NCBI GenBank assembly: GCA_905178155.1
Contig: CAJINV010000005.1
Span: forward strand, 7,494,989-7,558,988
DNA: 64,000 bases
DNA from: Amoebophrya sp. A120
Lineage: Eukaryota; Protista; Dinoflagellata
Reading direction: 5' to 3'
Shown here: piece by piece, positions 1-13,026 of the stretch
How the letters are laid out: each line of letters begins with the position of its first letter
Position numbering within the stretch: position 1 is the stretch's first letter
Program-made: the position numbers and the translations under genes
The notes under the pieces: model-generated
Databases searched by the model: none
Told to the model about the DNA's origin: nothing
The model's input: the letters and a program-made list of their open reading frames with translations, nothing else

Positions 1-622
1 AAGTAGCCTGTGCCAGAGGAAGATTTCCTGGTCACTGCTTCTGACAACAAGGCATTTTTTTTTGATTGTTCTTTCGCCCTGCTGGAGGTACGGGCACCAG
101 TTGGATGTCAGAGGAAAGGAAAGCGAAAACCATTTTTGCCTTACTCCTACAATTTCTCGGTGGTGAGCAATCTCCAGGACTACGAGTACTACGCTACCTC
201 GCTTTGTCAGCGTCAATGAAGACTCGGAAAATGAAAATCGGTATTGCGCGGGAAAAAGTCAAGCATCTGGTTGTGATGTTGGTGATGTCACTATTAATTA
301 ATTATCTCTGACGAGTTGAATTCATGGAGAAGAATGTGGTAGTGATGAAAGGTAGTTCGACGTTTGTTGCATTATGGATAAAAAAACCTCGTTGAGCTTC
401 TTGTTCATGGAGGGCAGTTATTGAACTTGCACCACAAAAACAAAATGCGGTTCTTTATCTGGTCTTTCTTTCACGAAGAATCGATGAAAGAGAAAAATGC
501 TGGCTCTCGGGGTTTTTGCGCAGCGGGGACCACCTACTTCGAGGATCATGACCACGTGGTCTAATGTGTGAAGATTTTTAGCCTCCTGCCGAAATGATAT
601 TTTTGAAGCAGTGAAGAAGAAG

Positions 623-3600
623 ATGAGCCGGAACTACCACACGATGGCTTTATCGTCCTGTCGTGGTACAAGAACTGCATCCTTATCCGGGATTATACCG
701 CATCGTGCCTGGACCGCTACTCCCAGCAGCAGCGCATCTTTAGTACCCGCTTTGTTCGTGGTCCGCAGTGGGGGAAAAAAATACCATGGGACAAGTTGTC
801 GCGCTGCGAATTCTTGTTCCCAGCCACCTTCTTGCGGCCCTGCTGTGCTGGTGAAGAACGCGTCTACTTGCTCCTACCATTTCTACTCTACTACCGCAGC
901 AGCGGCAGGAGCTCCGCCGAGCGCCTTGCACAAGAACTCTGTAGTTGATGCTGTAGTTGCCGCGCCGGCGGGCGGGAATCGTGAAGATCATGCGGGTGTT
1001 GTTTGTAGTTCCGTCAGGAGCTTCACCTCTGGTGCCCCGTCGTTGGTCGTCGCCCGGCAAACTTCTAGCACTGGCGAAGATCCAGGAGACCAGATCGTGT
1101 CGAGAAGTTCAGGCGGAGGAGGTGATCTTCATGTCGAGGACAACAAAAGTCGCGCCGTGTCTCCTGTTATTTCCAAAATTCCGGAAGAATTCCAGATCAA
1201 GCCGAATCCGAGCGACTACCGATTATCACACGAAAGAAGTGTTACAGTTACACATTGTGTTGCAAAACATGCAAGACAGACGACCTTTGTCATGCGCAAA
1301 ATGCTTGCAAGTCTCGTCTCGTGTGTTATGATCTTTGCATTGCAAGTTTTCTCTGTCATGCAGAGAATTGAATGCTGAATTGAATTCACTACAACGGTGT
1401 AACTGTAACACTCGGTTTCGTCGGATACCGATTACCGCTGTCCTACTTTCCGGAGAATCCGCCCAACGTCGTCACGGACAAGATGATATCAAATGCAAAA
1501 ATGTCTGGGTCAGGAAAGAATGGAACTTGTCATGCTAAATCTGGATCGTGCCAAAAATTTGTGTTGCATGATTACCAACAGATGTCCACTTTCGGACAAA
1601 TTCAGAGGCAGTTTCTCATGCAGGATAGGCATGATAGAGGTCTAACATAATGTGTCATGCTAGGTCCTACATGCCAGACTTCATGGGTCATGCAAAATCT
1701 GCATGACAAACTCCTGCATTCTTCCAGACCCAGACATCATTCTTGCACTTGATAGATGATTCGGGAAACCAAGCTGCGACGCCACGCATTCCAAACCGCG
1801 AAGCTGCTGTTTGAAGCGAAGCAGCGGATATGGAGGGATCAGGATCGAAATCGACGAAGTTGAAATGATTTGTGATGCATAAAACGGATACCAGTTAGCG
1901 CCCAGCTTTCAAGTGGCGCATGACAAATTTGGGTAGAGCCTAAATCCAGTTTGTAATGCTGTTTGGCTACGGAAGACGCGTTTTCTTCTGCTGCTTTAGC
2001 AGCGCTATTTCTACTACCCCTCAACAGGCTTGCAATCTTCCTCACTTGCCTACTCTGCAAGACAGGCCTTTTGTGGGTTGCATTTTATGCATCACAAGTT
2101 TTTCATCAATTTCAAGCCTGACGGTTCCATAGCGGAAGGTGTTCCATTACACGCTGGTTTTCTGGCGGTACTGCTTGGTGAAAGCCTTGAAATTTCGCTA
2201 CCTGGCGCACTGGAAACGGGACGTGGTGGTGGAACTAGCCGCATACGCACCAGAAAGCACGACCACAAACCACACGACCAGTGCTATACCTGCTCCATCT
2301 ACCCGGCAAGAAGTCCTGGAATCGTCCCTCCGTCGCTACCACCTGAGATCTCTTTTCGGCCCCTTCGGGAGCCGAGTGCTGGCCCGCTTGGAGGACAAAT
2401 TCGGCCGGGAGATTGTGCCTTTGAAAAAGTTCGCAACTGGTGGTGCGACTACAACTACTACAACTACCCTAGTCGACGGCGAAATAAATAAAGAACATCA
2501 ACCAACGGACAACAACATCAACAGTCAAGAACTGCGCCTCCGGTCCGGCGACTTTGCGCTAATGCAGGAGGCGGTGCGAGATAGCGAGACTTTTTCCGTC
2601 GCAGCGAGACAGAGCATATCCTGTGCAAAAGCATCGTGCTCGTATAAATGCATTACAAATTTCCTCAGCATGAGAAGTCAAATTTGTAATGCTGATGTAC
2701 CTTAAGTCAAAGACTTGCAATGCATGACTGCAATACGAGTACGATACGGATACTTCTGCAATGCATAGAGTATCGCGAACCAGTTCCATGAATCCCTGAA
2801 AGCGGATGGAGTGCTGAACTTCTGCTTCAAAAAACTCCTCCAAGCGATGCACCGACAGGCGGTTACGGGCTCGAGGCGGCATATGGATGTTTCAGGATCG
2901 AAATCGTCAAAGTTGAAACAGTTTTTCATGCATAAAATCGATACCAGTTGGAACTGGAAGCCCAATTTTTAAGCGGTGCATGACAAATTTCGGCACAGTC
3001 TAAATCCAGCTTGTCATGCTGTTTAGGGACAGCAGGCGTCTTTTGTCATGCTACTTTAGCAGCTCTACCGCAGACCCGAAACAGGCTGACTGTCGGCCTC
3101 GCTTGCAATCCCTGCAAGAGAGGCACTTCATGCCTTGCAATTTATGCATGAGAAATTATTTCAACTTTGACGATTCCAATCCTGACGCTTCCATACGGCA
3201 GAAGTTTGACGGCTACGACTCGTACGCGGATCTGCTTTGTGCGGGGTACTGCGAAGGGGGTAGTACAGCCGAGGCCAGCGGCGGATCATCTTCCTACGGG
3301 AAATGAAATCGTTTTGAGTTTGGCTTCTTGTCGTAGCGTAAATTTTCTCAACATATAGCATCGACTGGCATGCAATAGCCAAAGTGCTCATCTTGCGAAG
3401 TCTTGTTTTTGCAGCATGTAGTTGTGATGCAGCTTATTTTGCGCGCGCGGTCGGCCCATTTGTTTTGCCGTGCCAGCTTGAACAAGGGAACGTGAAGAAA
3501 ACACTTATGGGCATAGAGGATCACAGAGTGGTGGGTCAAGGTCAACCATCCCCATCCAATTTGTCATGCTAAACATGCATAATTTCCAGGGTTTGTCATG

Positions 3601-6073
3601 CAAAAAATCGATGGTGTTGGTGATGGGTGTTTTTTCCTGGATATGCAAGCCACGATTTCTATTTCTCTTTTTCAATACCGCCTCTCAGCTACGCCACCGT
3701 CAGGAGCATCTACTCCCAGATCAGAATATGCGAAGGAAAAAATAGAGCGCCAGATAATTGATGATCTGTCATGCAAGTAGCATGTCAGCATCACACTATC
3801 AGCATGAATGAAATGCAGCACAGATCTACCTCCACGTCCACACAAGCATCATTCACTGATACGTTCACGACCCCATCATGCATCCATCACAGATTGAACA
3901 CGGAAGTGACGAGTAGTTCATCTCAGATCATCGTAGAGGACGACCTTTTTCACTACAATACGGCGACCCTGCGCGCAATAAACGAGCACTGGGGAAGCTG
4001 GTTCCTGCGCCAAATGGAAGCACTGGACACGGAGGAAACCAAAACAGGCACTGGTATTAATTCCAAGAAGACACAACAACAACCTGCTCTTGACGCGAAT
4101 TCCGCTGCAGATGCAGCAACTACAGCCAGTACCACCGACCACGTGAAGATCCGCAGTTCCCGAGAGGGAAGTACAACGATACGCCCGTCTTGGTTCGAGC
4201 TGCAAACTTTCACGCACGACAGGCTTCTTCCGGAAACGAAGTCCCAACAGAACCAGGAGGCTTTGCTCGTCGTGGACGCGGATCTCGAGCAGTTGATGTC
4301 CTTTATCGGCACCATTGCGGGGGTGAAGCTGAAGCTCTCCCGCGCCGACTTTGATCTATCAACTGCAAAAATGTCTGGGTCTGGAAGGTCACAACTTGTG
4401 ATGCTGTCTGTGGATTCTAAAAAAATTTGTATTGCATGACCAGCAAGAGGGGTCGGGTTTGTCCTACGCGGAGAGGGCATTTCTCATGCGGTAGAGGTAT
4501 CACAAAGCCCTCTGCAAATCTGTGATGCTACGGCATACATCACAGACATCATGGCTCAGGCAAAATATGCATGACAAACCTAGAAATCATCCAGACCCAG
4601 ACACTTTTGCATTTGATATGACTCCGTCACCTACAAGCTGCTCGACCCGCCGAGGTATCCTGTGCAAAAGTATCGTACTCGTAGTAATTGCAGTCGTGCA
4701 TTACAAATCTTTTTCGTACGGTAAATCCGCATTGCAAATTTTTCTCATGCTAAGGAAATTTGTAATGCATTTATACGAGTGCGATACTTGTTTTGCAGTT
4801 CATACGAGGCACCTGCCGTACGACCAGCGTCCAGACTACTTCAATTTCCACAAGGCACAGGCCAACAAAGCAAGAACGATTTGCCTGCATTTAGGGAGCA
4901 GCATATCTGCCTCTGCCTCTTCGTCTCCGCAGAGAAATAAAAACCCACTTTCCACCACGAACCCTTTCACCAAGCGCCGGGACTCGGGTAACCTCACGAA
5001 AAACGCGAGCACCAGCAACGGGGGGCAGGACGGGTTTAGCAGAACCTACACTGGGGGCCTGTATGAGAGTGCATGACACCCCCTCTCCTCAACCTCATTT
5101 GTCATGCAAAATATCAAATACACATCTTGCCTCTATGCACAGTTTGCATGAGAAATTTTCGAGCCTCAAACAGTACTACAGCTCGTGTGCAGAAGATTTG
5201 TCATGCAGAAGCCACATTTGTGGCGTTGCTTGTGTTGCTGTTTATGCAATACATATGAGGTGGAGGGGGAGTTGTGCACTGTCATAACCTGTTCCCGGCA
5301 AACACCACGGACACCCGGGCTGCCGCGGCCATGTTCAGTGGTGGCGACACAAGGGCGTGTAATCAATGCAAATATGTCCTCTGGGTCTGGAACAAGAAAG
5401 CAAATCTGTATTGCGCATTTCGAATGAAGCTAAAATCTGTGATGCATGAAGCAGATGAGCGCCAGTAGCCTATCATGCAAAAGCGGGATTTCTCATGGTG
5501 GCTGCGCATTCTGTACCCTTGATAAAATTTCTCATGCTAGACGACGTATGGAAGAAGTTTGCATCTCATGGAGCGATCAGCATTGCAAAGTCCCAGACAC
5601 ATTTGCAATTCATAGCGTGCGCCTCGGTGTCTCACGTACCGGTTGAGACCGACGTCGTCAGGGATCCGCTCCCTTGGGCGGCGGTTTGGAACGTAAACGC
5701 GCCACAGATTCACCATCTAATATGAAAGCCTCAGGTTGGAAATCCTCAAAGTGGAAATCATTTGTAATGCATAAAATGCATGACCCGCGGTACGTGTGTT
5801 GCAGAGCAGGCAAGTGAGGCCTATTGTAAGCCTGTTTGGGGTTAAAGCTCGAGCTGCTAAAATAGCATGAGAGAATCGCTCGTCTTTGCCTAAACAGCAT
5901 GACAAACTGGATTTAGGGACCGCCGAAATTTGTCATGCGCCACTTGGAAACTGGGTTCCAGCTGGCATCCATTTTATGCATGACAAATTATTTCAACTTT
6001 GTCGATTTCAACTCTGACACATCCATATCTAAGGAGTGACACGTACTTTTTGATAGTGAGTGTCAATGTTTGA
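623..6073 (+). CDS. Multi-exon hypothetical protein with Ser/Arg/Ala-rich, transit-peptide-like N-terminus, split by at least 10 introners
   Basis: Removing each TAT..ATA element plus one 5-bp TSD gives a continuous frame, e.g. SDYRLPLSYFPENPPNVVTDKMIRETKLRRHAFQTAKLLFEAKQRKVFHYTLVFWRY... ending ...IHHLRSDTYFLIVSVNV* (TGA 6071-6073). Exon structure at 3300-3900 unresolved; could be two genes. Confidence 0.65.
1224..1427. mobile_element. Introner (tatcac..gtgttacagttac family)
   Basis: TIR tatcacacgaaagaagtgttacagttacac / gtgtaactgtaacactcggtttcgtcggata; TSD ccgat; removal restores frame. Confidence 0.85.
1487..1754. mobile_element. Introner family A (tatcaaatgcaaaaatgtctggg)
   Basis: TIRs; TSD gatga. 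Confidence 0.85.
1829..2131. mobile_element. Introner family C (tatgga..caggatcgaaatcg)
   Basis: TIRs; TSD gcgga. Confidence 0.85.
2617..2767. mobile_element. Introner family B (tat..tgcaaaagtatcgtactcgta)
   Basis: TIRs; TSD gagca/gagta. Confidence 0.85.
2882..3195. mobile_element. Introner family C
   Basis: TIRs; TSD cggca. Confidence 0.85.
4357..4618. mobile_element. Introner family A
   Basis: TIRs; TSD tgatc/tgact. Confidence 0.85.
4656..4804. mobile_element. Introner family B
   Basis: TIRs; TSD cgagg (gives canonical AG|GT..AG|G). Confidence 0.85.
5062..5286. mobile_element. Introner (tatgagagtgc family)
   Basis: TIR tatgagagtgcatgacaccccctctcc / ggagggggagttgtgcactgtcata; TSD gcctg/acctg. 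Confidence 0.8.
5360..5614. mobile_element. Introner family A (degenerate)
   Basis: TIR remnants; TSD gcgtg. Confidence 0.75.
5721..6027. mobile_element. Introner family C, reverse orientation
   Basis: Reverse complement of the 2882-3195 type; TSD tctaa. Confidence 0.85.
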
Positions 6074-6224
6074 AGTTGATTGTAAGAAATTCTCTCTTGA
6101 TGTTGGCAGGAAGACGAATGTGAAGAGCTAGATCATCGTCTCACCTCACATGAGAAATTTCCTTTGACCAAAACAAAAGCCACGTCCGCTTGCTGTCCCT
6201 TTGCGACCTGCAAGCTTTGCTGCA

Positions 6225-7190
6225 CGCGCCTAAAGTAGCTTTTTCAAAAGTACTAGATTTTTTTTTTTGATGTTTGTGCGGCACGTCGGCAACTAGCTAT
6301 ACCAAATTAGATAGAGTTAGCTAATCAAACTAGGCGGAATTTTGCATGCGTAGCCAGTTGTCTAATTCAGAGGTAGTAGATTGCTCGTCTTCCACGCAGG
6401 GCTGGCCCGCGGATCTGTCCGGAACGCTATCGGTACGTCGTGGCGAGCTCGGACATGTTTCTGTTTGCGCGCAAAGTCATCTACTCCGGTTGAAACAGTA
6501 GGGCGACCATCTCATGACGTTCGGTGTCTACTACGAATTTGCGAACGAGTTCGCAATACGCAAGTGCGGAGGCCACCTGCTGCGGACCGCAGCGAAAAGA
6601 GTAACGGGCACGCAGGCCTGCCCCAACACGGGGCCCCCAAAGGGGCCGCGAAGTGGCCGGCAAAATGGCCTACGAAACACCCCCCGAAAAAATCGCGAAT
6701 CCCGAGGCAACTACCCCTTCCGAAGAGGCCGATCAGTTGGCATCTGCGGAGAGGGGCAAACTCGGGCGAAGTTTCCCAATAGATTCGCAGAGGTTTTTTT
6801 TCCCATGTTCGACAGCTAATGCGCCGTCGCAGTGTAGGTAGCGCCATCGTGCGCCAGTATCAAGATCTGGCTGGATGTTCGGAACCAGGTATCGCAGGTT
6901 GGTAAATTCCGCGCGGTTTTTGTCGTTTCGGGCCCGTACACCTAGCCACAGCTCCGAGTAGAGGACCCTCAGCAAGGCTTGGCGACGGGACCGCTCTGGA
7001 CAGATCCATAGACCAGAGCCTCGAAGTGTACCAGCCTACTTACCTCTCGGCGCCGACGTGCTTTTGCACTTATTCGCAATGAACTTCTCTTGCATATTTA
7101 GAATTAACTAGTTTTATTGGCTAGGTTCTAGTACTGAAGCGCTTGCAAAAAGAAAATTCTAGTACTTTTGAAAAAGCTACTTTAGGCGCG
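6225..7190. mobile_element. Non-autonomous TIR DNA element, ~966 bp
   Basis: Perfect 33-bp inverted repeat cgcgcctaaagtagctttttcaaaagtactaga (6225-6257) / 7158-7190; no transposase ORF recognised. Confidence 0.75.
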
Positions 7191-7417
7191 CCATATAACA
7201 GACAGTTCGTTTACATTCAGATGACCATACTCATGACCAGAGCCACAGCTTCTAATTCCTGATTCTGCCGGCAGCGGCAGGAGCAAGGTTCTGGTCCCAC
7301 CTCGCATGAAAAATGATGTTCTCTGAACAAAATACAGACACGTTCGCTTGCTGTCCCTTTGCGACCTGCAAGCTTTGCTCCACGAGCTCGGACACGCGTT
7401 TCACTTCTGCTTGACGG

Positions 7418-7679
7418 TATGGAATGCAAAAATGTCTGGGTCTGGAACGTTGGAACTTGTGATGCTAACTTTGGATTCTAAAAAAATCTGTATTGCATGA
7501 CCAGCAAGAGGAGTCCAGTTTGTGCTACGCGGGGAGACCATTTGTCACGCGGAATAGGTATCAAGACGTCGTCAGAAAATCTGTGATGCTAGGGAATACA
7601 TCACAGAAATCACGGGTCATGTAAAATCTGCATATACAAGTTCCATTCTTTCCAGACCCAGACACTTTTGCATTTGATA
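7418..7679. mobile_element. Introner family A
   Basis: TIRs; TSD gacgg. Confidence 0.85.
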
Positions 7680-7880
7680 GACGGTTATGCGATGCAAAGT
7701 TGTTTCAACAAGCTGAGACTCTTCTTTATAGTTTGACACGAGGTTTACATGCGAAAATGAAACTGGAGGTGGATGTTCAGCTTGCACTTGCACTTATGGA
7801 AAACTAAAATCTAATTTTTCCCACTCCTTTTCGAGAATCGTCGTGGTGCGCGGCGTCAACTACATTCTCAGAACGAAACT

Positions 7881-9659
7881 TTGCAAATAAACTGCATATC
7901 TCCGCACAAGTACGAGGAACTGCGGGTGATGCAAGAGACCAAGTTGGAGCTACCCAGTACGGCGCTAGAGTATTTGGTGCAGGACCGGGACTTCATGCAG
8001 CATGTCATTGAGAATTGCCAAGTTCCCCATGCGAAAGACGTGATGCAGGATTTGAAGAGAAAGCGAAAGGAATTTGTATTGCTTTTTTCCTAGTACTGAA
8101 GCTCCAAAATTAGAATCTGCATTTTGTTTTGCCTAGGCAGCTCGTGTAGTGCCGAAGAAGCTTGTGCTAAATTGTTTTTTCTTTCCACAACCGTAAAGGT
8201 TGGTGGACGAGGACGAGAAGGTAAATAGTACACGTCGACCGCCTTCGTTTCTCTCCGTTGCTAGAGATAAAGTTAAGTAACTCCATGAGGATATTGGGAT
8301 AATTGGAGTTTTGTACGCATTTAAATTCAAACATCATGATCAGGAATCGACCCTTTCTGCTGCGGACGTGGATTTTCGAAGTTGGCTGACCACCCAACAA
8401 ATCGAGCACTGGGACCTGCAAAAAAACGCCTACCTCTTCGACACGTTATTCGGGAAAGGCGGCTTACCGGAGATGGCCAGTGGCGCCAAAAAACAAGATG
8501 ATCCAGAGAACAACATCAAATTTTCTTCAACCGAGGCACTATGCCAGTTCGCGCGAGAGAAATACGTGGAGAGCTGCGCGGGTAGGGAGTTATCCTTGTC
8601 GGAGGGCGCAGCAACTGGTGCTTGTTCATCGAGAACTACAAGCTCTGAAAATTCCATCCACTTCCACCCCCTCGGCGTTCCGGAAATTTTGTCCCTGTTC
8701 ACGCACGAAAACGCACCGCTGCTGTCGCTTTTCACGCATCAGGTCCTCCGGTGGTGGCGCGACGACCGGATATGCATTGCGAAAGTATCGTACTCGTATA
8801 AATGCATTACAAATTTCCTGAGCATGAGAAATGAAATTTGTGATGCGGATTTACCTTGAGAAAAAAACTTGTATTGCATGACTGCAATACAACGAGTACG
8901 ATACTTTTGCAAGTCATACAGGAAATGGTATCACCACTTGGTGAACCGGGTAGTACTGCTGACCACCTCGCTATCACAGGAAAAAAGTGTTACAGTTACA
9001 CAGTTGTTGCAGTAGTTTCTGCATCACAAAGTCGCTCAACATGGCAAAGAAAAACTGTGATGCGCAAACTATAAGGGAAAACACGAATGAAATGAGGTTG
9101 GCAACCATTTCCTGCATGACAGAGGTTGTCTGTCTTGCTTGTCTCCCATCAGAGTGTGTTGTAACTGTTTTATTGTTCTTCTTTGCGATACCCGCCCTTC
9201 GTGCTGTTAACCTACTGGCTCGACTGGATCGCGCAGCGCTGGTTCCCGGCAGCTTTGTTTCGCAGTCCGTTCTACTGCGTGTTTCCGAACACGGTCTCGC
9301 ATATTTTGGCCAAAGTGGAGGGCTTGCGGTTGGCGAGGCAGGAGGACTATTTGTTTCTGTTCTACCGGGATTATTGGGTGAACGGAATGATGAATGATGC
9401 GAGTGCATCAACTTCTACTGCAGCAGCTATTCCATCCACATCTTCTTCCGAGCAGATGACAGCTGCAGGAACAGGTGCTCCGGCTGGTGAGCAAGAAAGT
9501 AGACCCTCCACCTCATTGCAGCAATACTTCGATGCTATGCGGATTTCAGGAAATATTAAAACTGGTGCAGGTGGTGAGGCTGATGATGAAACAGGATCAG
9601 CAGGAGAACTGAAATTGATTCGACCGCCCGAGCAACTCCCGGACTACAAAGACTATTAG
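7881..9659 (+). CDS. Multi-exon hypothetical protein (5' end uncertain)
   Basis: Frame ...LRWWRDDRKWYHHLVNRVVLLTTSPFVLLTYWLDWIAQRWF... restored after removing 8771-8918 and 8972-9190; stop at 9659. Confidence 0.55.
8771..8918. mobile_element. Introner family B
   Basis: TIRs; TSD ccgga/cagga. Confidence 0.85.
8972..9190. mobile_element. Introner (tatcac..gtgttacagttac family)
   Basis: TIRs; TSD ctcgc/cccgc. Confidence 0.8.
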
Positions 9660-10246
9660 AGTTGTAAAATTCTTGTGCGAGATGGACTAAATGATTTTAA
9701 GGACGATTCAGAAGTCTCGGCTCAGAGGATGGACATGGACCGAAAGGTGAATTGGATGAACAAGAACAGAAAGCAGGCGTCTTTCATTTATGTGTTTATT
9801 TCCCTTGTCGTTGTCTGTGCTTTGGGCCTGACGCATCACAAATTTTGCTTGTCATAATTCTGGCCAAGTTTTTTAGCAAGCTGCTGAATCTGCAAAGCAA
9901 GGGCCGCTTGAGACTCCTGAGATGCAAGCTGTTTGTCCTTGCTGTACGAGAAGATCTAGATCACTCTTCTTTACAAAAGTAGGATCAGCTTCGAACTGCA
10001 ATATGATCCAAGCCTTGTAATGTTGATGATCCAGCACTTCTCCTCTCGAAGATGTCCCCCGCCGGAGTTGCTTGCTCTTTGTTCAAATGAAAGCTGCAAG
10101 CTGCGAACTAACAAAGAAACTCTGCGGTCCACTAAGCATTCCCATAGATTCATTGATAATTTCCGATCATTCTGCGCGTTTTGGTGTCGTGGGAAGAAGT
10201 AGATGAGAATATCACTTGTCTAAAAATAAATTTCTTCATCGATGCC

Positions 10247-11330
10247 ATGAACAAGGCCGCGCCCGTGACTTTTCTTCGCACGACCGCGAGGGCCCTTGTT
10301 ACGACTACTACAAGCGGCAGTAGCACAATCAGCAGCACAGGTGGAGCTGGAGCTCTTAATATCCCAATGGAGCTCCACCTAGTCCACGAAGCCAAGAAAC
10401 ACGGAGTCCTCATCGTCGGCGCTAGTCCCAAGCAAACTCGTGCTTCCCACGATGTCATGCGAACACTACTGGAAAACCAGGCGCTGAACTTCGACTGTAT
10501 CCCAATAAACCCCGTCGTAGCTGCTGCAGATGGAGCTGCGGAGAGCACGACGATATTGGGAAAAAAATGCTTTTCCTCTTTGACGGATTATTGTGCTACC
10601 AGCGCGACGAGGTCGAGCTCGGGATCGGGGTCAAGTTCGAAAACAACTCAAGAAGAACATCATCAAAAAACTAAAAGAGTTGTTTGCATCTTCCGCAGCG
10701 ACCCGGAGCCTATCGTTCTAGAGGCGATCTTATCAAATGCAAAAATGTCTGGGTCTGGAAACTTGTGATGCTGAAATGTGCATGATGAAAACACTTCAGA
10801 ATCATGCAGTCCAGCATGACAATTTCCCGAAACGCTTTCTCATAGGCAATCCGCATGAGAAACTGCGTTTTTGCATGACACCGTGAGGACGACCACAGGG
10901 GGTCTGTCTCAACGACGACGACGATGACAAAAGAGGCTGCGGCTTTTGTTGGTTATGCAATACAGATTTCCCAGGAATAAGCGCTAGCATTACAAGGTTC
11001 CAACCTTCCAGACCCAGACACTTTTGCCGTGCATAGATCCGACTCGGCTTTCGAAATCTGTGGCTCCAGCTTGGTTTGTTTGTTTCAGAGGAGACCGAGA
11101 AAAAGGCTATAGCAGAGGCGATTTTATCGTCATCCTGTGACGCTAGTTCATCTGGTGAAAATTTGTACAATAATTCAGGAACAACAGCTGGTGGGTCTAC
11201 AAGAACAGTTGCTAGTAAAGAAGATTCTGGTGCACCAGAGCACGTTGTAAATCTTGTGGAAGACAAATGCTTGAAAGTCGAGGCTTTACGGGCAGCTGCG
11301 ATGGGAGGAATAAAAGCTGCGAATTTGTAG
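10247..11330 (+). CDS. CoA-binding domain protein (YccU-like)
   Basis: Motifs VLIVGASPKQTRASHDVMRTLL, IPINP, ILGKKCFSSL, VCIFR, then after introner removal EAIRLGFRNLWLQLG..VEDKCLKVE. Confidence 0.85.
10731..11035. mobile_element. Introner family A
   Basis: TIRs; TSD gatct/gatcc. Confidence 0.85.
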
Positions 11331-13026
11331 TAAAAGGCTCAACAATAAAGACATAAACGCAATCTCTTCGGTAAGAGCTTTGATCTGCCGTAGGACTAAG
11401 TCGTGCTCTGTTGTTCTTTCCATGCTGCACCAATTTCAATTTCAACGAAGAAGAAGTTGCAGTGCGCTGTTTATTCAATGCACCAATTTCAATATCGTCT
11501 AGCTTGTAGTCTCATTATTTATACATCGTGATACTTCTTGTCACCTGCGATCTTTCGGTCAACCTTAAAAATGATACCGCTTCGGTGACGTGAAGAATCG
11601 TATTTTGCCAAGCCGCACCGTTTCGGTCATTTCCAACACGTTCTTGTCTAGACCTAAAATGAAAATCGGTCGTGCAGCGTATCGTGCAAAATGTTCTGTA
11701 CGTGCGTATGGTGCAAAATTTTCTTTATATTTCTGTCTGAATCGTGCAACTGCTTTTCAACAACTTCGGTGTTGGTGCTATCTCGTCCAAGGTTTGCGCT
11801 GGCTATTCTCCACCCCGTCTGTCGTGCAACTCCGAGGCAACATTTCTGGAACAGCATGTCGGTTCTTGTCGTGCACAATATTATCGTACACACAACTTCG
11901 TACGCATCAAGTACTCCGCACTGCAGATCCGCCTTCCGTGCGCGGCCTTGTTGTACGACCTCTGTGCAGCAGCTTTCGGAACTCGTGTTTGATTCGGCGG
12001 TACTTCTAGTGCAACTATTTATTTTTCAACATCATCCCATTTGTCGCTTTTCCCACGACTATTGCTTCACCGATCCCCTAACAGGTTATAGTGTTTCAGA
12101 GATTTATTCTAGTGACAACCCGCCCCAGGAGATAGAGAAAAATCCGTGTCTTTGAAGCAAATTTTTGTTTTATCGTACTGATTTTTCAAGACTTGTTGTC
12201 GCCAGTGTATTTTCTGAAACAAACCTCACTATAACTTCTTTTCCATCTTCACAAATTTTCATCAACGATTATAACTTCGAGAGTTTAATTAACGAAATTT
12301 CATTTGTCATAATTGATGGATTTTTGTGCCAGTTGTTGTATCTAATTTATTCAATTAATTACCCAACCACATACATTTTTGTTGTTGGAACTCTTGCGTA
12401 CTTACTACTAAAATTATACATCACGACTGCACAAATCAGCATCCAAAAATTTGAAAACTAGGACAGTACGACACTCACCACAGGATGTTGTGGGTGAGTT
12501 GTACATGAGTACTTCTTGTCGGCATTGTTATACGAAACAAAACTACATAATCAAGTCGTAGTTTGTTTTACGTTTTACTCTAGGGAACCACAGCGTGCCA
12601 GCCAGGAGGGCGGCACAATAGGCTGTGAGTCCAACTACACTCTCAAACTGAATTCACGAAATCAGCATAAAAATTTCATTCCTTTTTTCTCTCAGTAGTA
12701 ATATTTTCAACATTTTTAACATCGGCAGACGACTCCAATTTAACTAAACCAAGAAGAACTTCGGCGACGAAGAAGGACAGAACTCAGATTTTTATCAACA
12801 CGTAAGAATTTTCACTTTTTCCAATTTTAGAATAACTCAATAAATCTCACACGAAGACAAAAACACATCATCATTTTTTTGAATCTTTACAGCGTGGTAA
12901 GCACCACCGCGCAGCAGCAGTGGAAGCCCTTTTGGCAGCAGCTGCATTATACGAACTTTTTTCATTTTTCTAAAACATTTTTTGCGGATGATTAAAATTT
13001 TTCCTGCACGACCGACCACGCCCATC

